DNA of 64,000 bases from Balanoglossus misakiensis. Lineage: Eukaryota; Animalia; Hemichordata. Below the pieces are notes generated by a model that saw nothing but the letters and a program-made list of their open reading frames with translations, was not told the origin of the DNA and searched no databases. A program made the position numbers and the translations under genes. Positions 26,057-38,700 of this stretch are shown piece after piece. The DNA lies in NCBI GenBank assembly GCA_040954595.2, contig CM082579.2:3154345-3218344 (forward strand), given 5' to 3'. Position 1 is the stretch's first letter, and each line of letters opens with the position of its first letter.

Positions 26057-28702
26057 CTATCTTTTCCTGAAGAGATGAAATGACACCATCCACTCGTTTC
26101 CCCCTCTGAAAGCAAACACCTCGGAGCAGTAGATAAAAAACATGCGCCAATTTGTGATTTGCTGTGCAGTCTCTTCCTCGCCGTACGCGGCTTCGAAAAT
26201 ACGCGAGACGTCCTTCTTGTTTCTATCCAGCTTTTTCAACCACGCTTCCAGGGTCTTGGAATAATGTGCCCCGCCCATCTTCCAGAGGTCTATCAGGACC
26301 ACGTCGTTCTGGAAATACAGGAAGAGGTCAGTTGATGGCATCGTTCCACCGGAGAAAAAGTTCCTAGCCATCCATTCGGTATCGGCGCCCTTCTTGACGC
26401 TGAAGTTGTAGGCGAATTCACGGTGACACAGAATCTGTGTGAAGAGAAGTCCGCCCGGTTCCAACCAACTCGCCACACGTGAAAACAGCTTCTCGTAGTT
26501 TTTCATGTGCTGAAAGAAAAGAATGGAAAAAAATTTGCAATAATTCATCACATTTTTAAAAAAGCAAATGAGGCAAAAGGGTTACGTGTAGCATTAGTAA
26601 ATTCTGCGAACGGATACTTGCTTGCGTTCTGGAGGGGAAAACAGAAGTATTTACGTTGATGGCAAATCTACAATTTGCTCTATCCTTCGCTTCCCTGATG
26701 GTCATTTCTCTCCTTGACCGGGAGTGTTCAAATTATCAATTATAGAATTCACGCGACTTCAGACTTATCGAAACGTTCATTCAACTCTGGTAGGAATAAA
26801 CAGAATTTCTCATTACAGACTAAAAATCATTCAACTGATTCTACTCGTACCTCAAACATTTCGATGGAAATGATGCGATCGAAACGCTGCTCGGTATCCA
26901 GTACATTGGCGTCACATTTCACGAATTGAAGCCGATCCGAGAAGCCACGTTTCTCCGCCTCGGCTAGGATATGTGCCCCCTGCGTGCTAGAGTTGGAGAC
27001 ACACGTGACCGTGCAGTTCGGGTACTTTTCGCAAATCCACAATCCCAGAGTACCCCATCCGCAGCCCAAATCCTAGTGAAGGGAAAGCGAAGAGAGCGAT
27101 AAAATATCGTCGAGGGACTTCACGTGGAGAAAGTATAGATTCGATTTCACACAGATAAAAATTGATCTCCATCTTAGTTTTAAGGAGGGGGGCTTTCTTA
27201 AAACGACGTAGAAATACATTTGATGACAAACCATAATCTTTTGACCGTCTTCAACCCTGGCGCGTTCGCAGTATAGTCCCAACATTGCCTCCTCCGCTGT
27301 AAACGTACATATTAATCAGTTTAAAATATTAGTTCGAAGTCTATAGCTCTAATAGTAAACAGAAATGGTAAAAAAACGCGTTTGATTTTTAAAGTTTTTT
27401 GAGTGGGTTTGCAAAGAATATTTGAATATGCACAATAAAGTAAATTGATCATCACTTAGTTATAAGAAATTCCGCTTATCGCCGACTGAATCTCAGAACT
27501 TTTAGGGAGTGTCGATCTTTACCCTGTAAAGCTTACTAAACAAGCTAGTTACCTTGATCGAGGTTCGTAACACCTTCCGGCCAATAGCACGAGCTGTATT
27601 TCAGTCGCTTCCCCAGTACCTGTCAGGACAATTTTGTATGGAGTTTTAGATTCTGTCCGCGGTTTAAAAACAATGACTTTATCTGTCTGACTTTACTCTT
27701 TGTCCGACTGACCACTACCACCCCACACATTTGCATCCAGTTTCTTTTTAAACGTTTCCGAGGTTTGGATTCTCTGAAGTTTGAGTTTATTTTTGCACGT
27801 GGTCAACTTGGAATCGTGACCCGTACAAAGTTTAACTGTACTCACTGTTTTGAAAAACTCAGTGGGTACTTCATAGTGTTGTTCGTTCGCCGTGTCTGTT
27901 TCTATGGCGACCGGAGCATCTCGGAGTTTGGCGATGAATTTTCGCTTGTACTCATGCTGCTTGATGGTGTCGCCATGACAATAGAGCTTCTGCAACCACT
28001 TGTGAAGATTATACCGAAGAACTGAGGAAAATCGGAGAGAAACGGTAAAGTGTAAAAAGACGACACATGCCCCCTTAAAACCTCCCGAAAATAATAAATC
28101 GTGAGGATGGCGATTGGACAATAGACATCAGTCCACTGTCTATGGTTGAACACATCGACAAATTTGCTGTTTACTTCGTGATCAACTTTTTTTTCCCCAA
28201 ACCGAGTGCTGGTGTGACATGCAACCAACACCAAAGCTGGTGAAGTCCGAAGCTGTCAAAAGATAGAATGTCAGTGACAATAACGCAAGCTTCTAAACAC
28301 TTTTCAAAAAGCCCTGTCAGGGAAGACACATTGTATTTCAGCTGCAGTGACTGAGAGAGTGCGGGCCTTGTTACGTAGAAAGGAGCCCATGATAGGCGCC
28401 ACCACAGGGCAAGGTAAAATGCTTATGCTTATACAATGTATGAGCTCTGTCGATAAGATTATGTGCCCACGTTGTTGGACTGGTTGCAGCAATGTTTGCC
28501 TGCCTGTGTCTGTCTGCAAGATCGAATAATGCTGAAGAAACATGTCTCCTATGCTACTCGAACCACCCCGTCGCGGGTGATTGTGGTCCGTAAACAAGTA
28601 ATATTTACCTTTACGTAAAACAAAATCACCCAGGAAATTCACAAGTAAATCCTTGGTAGAATTGGTGAGGTACGCTCCCAAATAAGCAACACTCGCAGCC
28701 AT
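26057..28702 (-). CDS. Class I SAM-dependent methyltransferase, CMAS / (S)-coclaurine N-methyltransferase-like (exons approx. 28702-28609, 28021-27845, 27619-27553, 27296-27232, 27072-26851, 26509-26057)
   Basis: ANEQHYEVPTEFF, LKYSSCYWP, motif I DLGCGWG, DRIISIEMFE|HMKNY, WMARNFFSGGTMPS, HYSKTLEAWL. Confidence 0.88.
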
Positions 28703-29208
28703 ATTCTGACGATGAAAGAGTAGATTTTGTACTCTGACTCTGACCTTTGGTCTTAACGTATGTATCACTAGTTTGATAGTAGGGCCTACACTTCAACATG
28801 TGCAATACATCACGATTACATAACCACTTGTCCCCCTTATTATACCAGTACAGCACAGTCGCCTGGCTGGCAATACAATGGGCGCTAACTACTTGGAGCT
28901 CATATCGATCACACCTGGATCGATTAGATTCACCGTGTACAATTACAAAGCTCTACAAGGGCGTTGTTACTCCTTATTCTAGGATACAGAAGATCCCAAC
29001 TTTTCTGATCCCCTGTCTCATTCTAACCGCTGGCTGCGCTGTGCTTTGTGGAGTAACGAAGCCCGAACAGACGTCTGACTAGAAGGGTCAGGGGTCACGT
29101 ATCTAGTATCATACACACATGCGAGGTCACAGAATTCTGGTGACGCGAAGTTGATGACAGCTAACGGTGTTTTCTATCGTTTGATCACAACATTCAACGC
29201 TACCAACC

Positions 29209-32200
29209 ATGGCAAGTGTGGCAGATGCGTCCACAGATGACGTTCCCAATGTTGACGTATGTCTTGCTGCATTTCGATCGGCGAGCAGCGACACAGAAGT
29301 TTTCGCAGTGTTACTCATGGTGAGTAGACTATGCATGATATGCATACCACTTATATACTAATAAGCTCTATGCAAAAAAGTGAGCCACGAAACTTGTTAT
29401 TTTATAACCCTCATCGCCAACGTTTGCGATGAAAATAAAGATAAAGAACCAAAACCAAATGAGCACAGTCTCTTGTCCGTACTTTTATCCATTGCTGGCT
29501 GTACAGTGTACCAGGGTTTTTAATCGGCCATGCCCAACCCTCCGCCCGACATGTAAAATATTTACTATGTTTTTTGGAGTAGGCTGGTGCAAAGATCCAG
29601 TGATGAACTGGTGTGCTGGAGGTGGTATTGTCAATGAGGCTTTATGACGACATATTCCCCTTGTTTTTGTTTTTCATTTTAATAGGTGACAAAACTTGTA
29701 AAGGCTGAATCAACTGATACTGAGACACGAAGGAAGATATTTGATGCCATTGGCTTCACTTTTCTGAACAGACTCATAACTACAAGTAAGACCAGACCAA
29801 AATTTTAATATTTCAATTATAAAAATACAGTAGACTTCCTTGGATGGTTTAAATTATCATGATTGTGAAGTGAATCCCTTGAGAAATTTGTACAGAGCTA
29901 ATAACTCAAGCAGACGTTCTGGCCCATTGGTTAGATTGATAGCTTTGACAATCAATGCTTTTATCTTTGCAGCGGAAGTGGCTGAAGGTTGTGATGTGAA
30001 TCTCTTCCGTTCCATTGGTTTGACATTACTGGCGTGTTTTTGTACCGACCCCGAGCTGGCAACACATCCGCAGACAATCGCTAAAGTGCCCATGTTCAAT
30101 GAGGTCATTTGCACTTGCAAGAGGTGAGAGGTCAAGCTTGATGTTGTGTTGTACTCGGTCTTATAGGCCAACTCACATGTCCACTAAGACTTAAAGTGTA
30201 GCTTTAATGTTTTGTGTATCAGAAGCTTTTATGCCCTCATTATGCATATACATGTGTGTGTAATAATTCTGTTTTGCCTTTTGCCTTTTCTGCAGTTTGA
30301 GGGGTGAAGATTTGGACAGCAATGTGTATGGTACCGTGGACGACTGCTACCAGTGTTTCTATGCCATCGCTTCCAACCCAGACGCCCAACAGCAACTCAT
30401 ACGCCATGGCACTGTGCAGGCCCTCTGTAAGGCCTGCACTGAAAACTGTTACCATGGTAATTGACAGTTACAAATCCTTTTGAAACCACTTGTTTGCCTT
30501 TCTAAAGCACTAGTATGCACACATAGTGACAGCTACACTTTGCTTCTAATGTTAGCAACTTTGTTGAATGGAACATGTATTTGCAGCTGAAGGTGGGGTG
30601 CCTGACTTTCTTAACTGTTGTATTCACAGTCTTTGCAATTTATCCTGGTACACAGGTCATGAAAAAGCCTTGCCATTATTAATCCAGCTTTTAAACCGCA
30701 ACGGACACCAGATATGGACATATTACGACAAAGTTCTGAATCAGTTAGTGGAAGCACTGGCCAGAAAGCTGAAGGACGTAAGCGTGAGTAAATCATCCCA
30801 AATGTTCTTTTCCACCTGTACGGAACCCCAAAAGTTGAAAGCATGACATGCTATAGAAACTGTCCCAATGTGGTAGGAATAAGAGTGTATAAGTGAACAG
30901 TGATAAAATAATTTAAGGAGAATGAAGCATGTTGCGTGTGTTTTCTTCATTCACAGGATGAAAATAAATTTACCTTGTGTGACTCCCTTTTTGCAATATT
31001 ATCAACTGCCACTAAGGTAAGCTGAACTTCATGATCTTTTCTGTTAGCATATATGATGATGGTCAAATGCAGACAAAGTGCACCATCATGAAGGCTATGC
31101 ATGCATGTGTTACCCTCCATGGCTGTGATCAGCAGATCAACACAATGCTATGCAGCCTTCCTCGGACACTCCCAGATGTCTATTTCACTACCAGCTTTCT
31201 CCAAATCCAAACTGACGTGTGTTTTTTTTCTGCTGCTTGTCTTGCAGCAAGTAATCGAGACTCTGCCACATGCGACGTGGGATGCCTACGTCCACCAGGG
31301 TTTGTTTGATATTCTCAGAAGTAAAATAGGTAAGTTTTATGTGGCGTAAAGTTGGCATTCTGGCAGTGAATGTGATGGAGGTCAACTGTGATGCTGTTTG
31401 GAAAAAAACAGCTGACATCATGACAAGACACTGCAACCGAGGTGTCCTTATTACTTCCTTTTTAATCATTTACTGTCGTTTCACAGGTGCCAAACAGAGA
31501 GATCCAGCTCTGAGGCTGGCGGCACTTATGATAGAGTTCTTTGGCATCGGATGGGCGTTCGGTCCCCCGCCAGACACCAACACCAAATTCCTGCTGCTGT
31601 TGGTTCACCTTTCCTGCGTAGAAATCAGGATGGCCCTAGAGCATACCAAAGATGATGAGGTCAGTGTTTTTAATGACTGTTGCTGGGCTCATCCGTAGAT
31701 TGTTGCATTGCCTTTAGGTCCCAGTCCACGTTCACTATGAGATTCTGCACAGATATTGAACCCTTCCACCACCATGATTCAATTTACCAGTTACAGTAAA
31801 CTTTCCTTCAAGCAAACTTTGTATAAATCTCTTTGCTGCTGTTCACACTTTATCAACAGAGAGACTCCAGATCACCCGTGCTGTCTTCCTGTTACAACAT
31901 GGTGGAGTTAATAATAAGTTTCATGACAAGCGGACCGTCGCTGGAGCTGAATTCTAAGCAAGTGACGCAACTCCATTCGGCGCTCGTCGGTGCATTCGGT
32001 GCAGTAACGCATTATCTGACGTCCATCGCTAATGACAAAGCACAGGTGGGTTGACCTGAGGTCAGAGGTCATGTATTCAATGTAATAATCTTTCAAAAAT
32101 ATACAATATATTATCTTTCTTTTATTTCACCTCATAAAAATCTATTCACTGTCATTCTGCAGTACTCTAAACCATTAGTGCAGGCATCTGTTCGGGTATT

Positions 32201-34268
32201 GGGAGCTTGGCTTGCCGAGGAGACGTCGGCCATGAGGGACGAAATCTACAACATACTGCCATTTCTTATAGACATTGGGTAAGAACCAGTCACCTTATTA
32301 TTGAAGTGATTGTCAGTTTCCACCTCTGCATGCTGCAAACAACTCAAACATTTCATTTCTGCTGCCTTCCAGGAAAGAGTATTTTAACAAATTGAAGATG
32401 CGATTATCAAAGGAGAAAGCTGAAGAACTGGGAACGCTATCTGATTCCGAGCCCATCCCGGTCGACCTGCTAAGGTTCCTCCTGCCGGGCCTGTGTCATT
32501 TCACCGCGGAAGAGAAACCCAGGAAAATAATGGTGGAGAACAATGTCCACGAACTTCTAGGAGAATATTTTAATTACCACTGGCTGCTTTTTACGGCTAA
32601 CAACTTAGAGTACAACTCGGAGGTAAGAGACCTGTGCAATGTGATGCGACAGATTATTTTTAGCAATGTGGAGAATTCTGTAATTATTGTGTACGTACAC
32701 TTCATAATATTAACATATTCTGAAGACTGAAATTCTGTTATTATTTGTCATGATTTTGTCTTCATCATTCAGATTGCGCTGACAACGCTGTGTGGAATAT
32801 TTATGAATTTTGCTGTCCAAGATGCAGATTTTGTCAAGGGGCACTCTGTGTTCACAGAGTTGTTAAATCTGTTGATGACGTCACTACCAAAGCAAGGTGA
32901 GGCGAACGGGTTTATCTACATGTCATTGAACAATACTGAATGACGGTTCTAGGACAGTCACCCCTGTGCATGTACCACCCAGAAAGAACTGTCTAATATC
33001 CAGCCAATATCTTGGAGCAGATATACCTTCAAAGTACTTCTGTGTAAAATTCATGATGAGTATGTTTGTATTGATTTTTTTCCCCCACAGTCAACAAAGT
33101 GGAAAACACGATATTAAATTACAACATTGCGGTGCTGGGACTTATGATGCTGAGGCAGTATGCAGACAATGATGGTAAAGTCATAACCTAATGTCCACGC
33201 TCTCAGAAAATATTGTTTTGTCAGGTTTTTCTAGTATCTGGATTGCCAAAAAGGATGAACCATTGTAAAGAGACTGCAATTTCATCAATCCCCAGCATAG
33301 TTGTAATTGTCATGTTTCCTTTTTTTTCCTTACTCCCCAGAAATCAGCCAGTCATCTGCAACTCGGAATTTTCTGAAGTCATTTATCCAGTTATTTAAAA
33401 GCTGCCATGTCCTGTCAGATGGGCACTGTCAGGTGACAGAAACCTACCAGCCATATTGGCAACATATATCCGAACTCTGGTACCTTGGTATCCAAGGTGT
33501 GTATGTAAACAGTGATATATATTTGTGATCTTATAATGATATTATGTTTCACAAAAGGATTCATTGTTTGATTTTTTATCTCTCTGTCAATCTAGACATC
33601 ACATGGTCTATCCCCCAGTTACCATGGCTTCCAAAACTCTTCATGGAGCAAAACTGGCTGAGGGACATTTCACAGATGCTGAGTGAGGTCAAAGGTCAGT
33701 CTGTCCTTACTGAGAACTAGTGATGATATTATGTTAACGTATAGTACATGTTACTTAAACATAATCCACTATGATGACCACTTGCTCTGGTTGACTCAAT
33801 AGCTTCCAGGTAAAACCATTTCATTATGGTGGGTCTGATACTTGTCTATATTTTCACATTACCAACAGCACCTACAGATGAAGATTCCCTCATTTTACAA
33901 ATGAGCAGTGGCGTTCTGACGGAATGTGCCAAATACGACAGCAGTTGTAAGCAGTACATCAAAGAAATCGGTGTGCAGAGCGTAGCTAGGTAGGTTGGAC
34001 ACACCATCTTATTATACAAACATTCTCAGAAAATTAAATTTTCAGCCAGTTTCCTGTGGTCAAGACTATATGGAATTATCTAGGGTTAGGGATTTCACCA
34101 AGCTTTGGTTACAACACCGCCATCTGGTTTATAGACCTTGAATCTCTTGCCCAGGCATATACATCCTTTAGACTAATTGTGTATTTTTTCCACTGTAATA
34201 TTCTTACTTTTATTTTCAGGACTATGAATATGGAAGAACTTAGTAAAGTCCTGGAAGAAATGAAATAA
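29209..34268 (+). CDS. NCDN: Neurochondrin (multi-exon)
   Basis: [11 protein letters not shown]|[84 protein letters not shown] and [15 protein letters not shown] are characteristic NCDN segments. Confidence 0.93.
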
Positions 34269-34513
34269 TTTGGGTGGAGTGACAGATAATGTATTCACTG
34301 GTAATTCATCTCCAGGATTAATGGCTCTTCATGGAGCGTTACATGTACACAGGATAACTTAATATTCAGTCTTTTGTACTGGATGAAACTCTTGGTTTTG
34401 GTTTTCTGTTTTTGGTGAACTGTTTTTAGCCAACTTACCCAACTAATGTAACTTAGTATTGTCAAAATAAACAATTTTTATAACAAAGTACACAAGGTTT
34501 GTTTTGTATGACT

Positions 34514-35206
34514 TTTATTCATCGTTTAATACATAAGTTCAATTGGAAAGCTGTGTCCAATCTGACTTCTCTGAAAGTATTTCTGAACCAGTCTTTCAAA
34601 ATGGATTTCCCTGTACTTTTCTTCACACATTTTAGTGTGTTTTTTGACACACATTGTTTGTATTGGTGTGTTCGAATCCAGGATTTCAATGTCAATATCC
34701 AGTTCCTCGGTGCCAGAGCATGTCTGAAATATCCAGTGTGTACTCTGGGATAGCATTCATCCTTCCAGCAACCATGATTAACCCGCTGTTACATTGGCAT
34801 TAGTCTTGCAGACTTCACCTCAGTGATATTCTATACCATATTGACAGCTTGGTAGTTTCCACACAAGGCGATGATGTCATCACCAGGTCAATAGTCCCTC
34901 CATCACTGTCGACCAGGTGGATAGGGACACTGCCACTTTGTCCTAAAAAGAAAAAGAACAAAGAAGTCAAACTATATTCAATATTGAACTAGAACTAAAA
35001 AGTCCAAAGATACTCTTTTGAACTGTATCACCATGTCACATGTAGTAATCGACCTACCAATTCGATCCCCTGGCCATGCCCAGGCATACCACTTCATCGT
35101 CTTTGCTCAGAAGACGCTCAGAGTTGAAAGAGCGAAATATATTATATATGCGATCAAAAACAGGAAAATAACAGCTGACGAGAAATGATAGAAATTCATT
35201 GTTCGC
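34514..35206 (-). other. Putative small spliced transcription unit containing a 30-aa hydrophobic ORF (35199-35107) and no long ORF
   Basis: ETS-like CCGGAAG motifs at 35275-35295, acceptor TTTCTACAG just before the ATG, donor G|GTAGGT at about 35056, pyrimidine-rich acceptor at 34943, AATAAA at 34519-34514. Confidence 0.4.
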
Positions 35207-35701
35207 TGTAGAAATACACAAACAATATTATGCGTTGCACTGACAGTGGAATCTCTGAACAGTACCAGAATGCCACTTCCGGAAGCGCCGGAAGCTGATC
35301 CTACTAAAACCAGTTTCGACTGTCTGTCCGTAAGGGGCGCTATTTCAAATCCGAACTCATTTGGACGGGGAGATATTCCTCGTTACCAGAATTCAAAGTA
35401 AAAAGAAAAGCCTTGCCGTATCAATTCTATCATCCCTTCGAAAATGGGTCACCCAAGGCCAGTGCGCCGTAGCCCCATTGGACAGCCTATGTTGTGAATT
35501 TGCATACAGCCACGTGTCCACCTGTTGCTGGGTCGATATAAAAACGGAACCGAGCTAATCTCAGCAGTGGCCGTCCGACAGAGAACAACCTGGGCATCGC
35601 TGTATCCGTCTCGTCCGTGTAGCTTTTCTCAGTTTCCCGCGTTCTAGTTCTCCCCGTCTTTTTTGCCAGCTATCCGTTGTATAGCTCCTTTTGGAACGGA
35701 G

Positions 35702-38700
35702 ATGGCTTGGGCGATATGGCTTCCCTGTCTGTGGATGGCGTTCTGCTGTGTCCCCGTTGGATATGGCATGCAACTCGGAGAACCCGTCGATGACAAAGTA
35801 CTGGACCAACTGTTCGAGAAGATGGGGCAAGCATACGTGAACGAGTTCCTCATCGAAGAAGAGAGCCTGGTCTTTGAAGTAATTGCGGAGGTAGGCTACA
35901 TATTTATAATTGAAACGGATAATATCCACCAATTATTTATTGTTTGTAGAATTCGTAAAATGGTACGGTAAAGCAAGATCTGCAAGAAAGCACGTGGTGT
36001 CAACCGGCGTCACTCGTAATTTTCGTCGCGAGAAGCCGTTGGTCGTTCACAGTACAATTGAACAAACCACACATGGACGAGCGTTGTTAAATCACTTGCA
36101 TAAGTTTCAAACTAGAAAACGTTTCGAATTGAAACGATATTGTAAGTAAAAACGTCACTCATCTGTACCCAAGTGTTCTTTTCTTAAGAGAAAAAGTTGT
36201 ATAACTTCTTAAGCTTGGTAGGCATTCGTTAACGCTTTGCAGAAAACTTTGCAGTAATTTGTGAATTTTTCTCCCCACAAATTCACACCAGGACACGATT
36301 GGAGAATCCGAGTTCTGGGTGATTGACTTCCAACCCTACAACGAATATTTAGACGCCATGCCCGTGGATCCAGACACCGGCGACATCTTGACGAGCAACA
36401 CCGGCGAATGTTCCAACGTCATGCCTATGGGCACCTTCTCTTCAAACGGGGCTGGTTATTACTTCTCGGACGATGGCAACTTCGTCACCAGGAACGTATC
36501 GATAGTTGACGCGGCGGAGGGAAATTTCAAGAGGCTGTTTTCAAGTTACGTCAGAGGTTCATCGTACATTGACATCGATCAGTACGGCCAGAATGTCACA
36601 AAGAGAGACTATTTAATGAAATATACAGGTAATTTTCAAGTTCATTTGTTTCGAACTCCCCCCAATTCTGCTCTAAATTGTCTCTTTACTTTCTACTGTT
36701 CTTCAGGCAAACTTTAACCACCTGTAAAAAAAGGCTGTACAGAAACTGTAGAGTTATCTCGAATCGCCCCTATCTTTAGCCGAATAGTAATAAATATCGA
36801 CACTTAGCTTGGTCGACGTTCACTCCAGTTTTTAGTAAAATTGACAAAGAAAAAAGACTGAAACATTCTTTTTTACTTAACAGGAAACCTGGGCTTCTTC
36901 TTCAACTGCACCAACAGCGACGGCGAAAACATCTGGATCTTCCAGAATACCACGGACACCATCGAGTACCACACCACCATGTACGTGACCAACGTCCGCC
37001 CCATTGACCCCGCCGACGGAACCAAAGGTGTCGGCTTCGTCTCCTCCAGCATCACCCTCATCTACCGACTCTCCCGAATCGCCATCGCCAACTTCGTCAT
37101 CGCCAGTTCGCCGCTTATCAAGCCGCTCATCGACTTCGTCATCATCAGGCCGTACTTCGACGACGCCGGCGACCCGGTCACCACTATCGCCAGGGTGGAG
37201 ATCCAATTCAAGACGTACATACCATCTTCGACCACCAACGGCAATGTCCTGTACTACCTGAACGGCACGGAGACATACGACCCGGAAAACACCGACAATT
37301 CTCTGGCTACCCATCTCAACTTCACGCTTCCCAATGGTCTGATGCCCTGCGAGTTTCTTACTGATGAGTAAGTACATTGAATGATTACCGAACTTGTAAC
37401 CAGGGGATAAACGAGTTCTGGTTCTATACAGCCACAATTATTTTGGAAAATGTGTAGATCTAGCCAAGCACACCTTCAGTACAGGTGACCGTACACACTT
37501 AGATCTGGACGTTTGGATGCGCAAGTTTCACTGACTAACGAACTGATTTGTAATTGGTGAAACTGCGTCAACTTCTGGTACATTCACATAAACCCAACTC
37601 TCTCCCCTGCACGGACGCACGCACGCACACCATTTGAATTCTCACCATGCCACGCCATTCTTTCCTCCAGTCAGTGCACCCAAACATGGAACTTCGAACT
37701 TCTGCTGAATGTGGACGATACCGTGGCGGAGGATGACATGCCCATTGATGCCACAGGTAAGCTTAGGTCTTCCATCCTCCACCATTCATAATATCGCCCC
37801 ACAAACGCGTTTGACAAATTTCTATTCACAATAATTATGAACCGCTAGTCCTGGGAGAACCGGTTCTGATTTGAGTCTTGACACCCGATCTTTTTATATC
37901 TCCTGAAAAGGAGTTTTTACATTCCAGTATGACGAATACGAATGTACCGACACCACCACGGACCCACCAACTGGTTGCGTCAAGACGGACACGTCTCCCT
38001 TTGTCATCTCCATGGATATCACCATTCAGGTTTGAAAGCGTTCAATTTTTCACTTAAAATATGCATTTTTTATTTTGGGGGGTTCCTAGACTTTACAAGT
38101 GGGGGTAGGACAATGAACGTCTGCTGGGCTTGGCCATAGAAACCAGCTTAAATAAGCTTAAATATACCATAAAATTTCGTTCTGCAGACCGTGGTTATAA
38201 TAACGGACGCCGAGAAGGACTACCCGAGCCTTTATCTTCTCAGCATCACGGGAACAAACAACAACGATCTCAGAGGTGGAATCCGAGCAGGCACACGAGG
38301 AGTCAATCATTTGGAGCCGGTCAACATGAAAATTCAGTAAGTGGTTTCGCCTACTTTATATGCCAGCATGTGCACATCAACGTCAAAATCTGCAATGACC
38401 AAATTGGAATATCTTCGAGGGAATAAGTTGTGAGAAACGAAGCAATTTTTCAATCATCGTAGTGAAACTGAATCTTGATGAGAATACAATACGAAACCAC
38501 TCTGCAGAAACGCATGTCTGTTATGGGCAACATTTGAGAATGTCCCGTGCGACTTTCCACGGATTGCCTACAACTCCTTCCAAATTGAAATACTTGACGA
38601 CGGATATTAATAATGCATCTCTTCTCCCTTGTTCCAGGATGCTGCCTGAGTTCTTGCGAGACATCTTCAACATGGAATTGACCCTCTTTATGGTGTGCAA

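Noticed and set aside
26057-28702. Bacterial contamination or recent horizontal transfer of the methyltransferase
   Set aside because: The gene has five canonical spliceosomal introns and sits between conserved animal genes.
34830-34942. Frame with two in-frame TGA codons (RQ*WRDY*PG) as a possible selenoprotein
   Set aside because: No CxxU-type motif, no similarity to known selenoproteins, no start in that frame and no SECIS recognised.
35095-35120. TTC-TGA at the end of a short ORF as an antizyme-type +1 frameshift site
   Set aside because: The +1 frame stops after three codons and there is no antizyme-like sequence.
36877-37437. 186-aa antisense ORF and similar antisense ORFs over eIF5B and the GPCR
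   Set aside because: Shadows of codon-biased sense-strand exons with no independent coding evidence.
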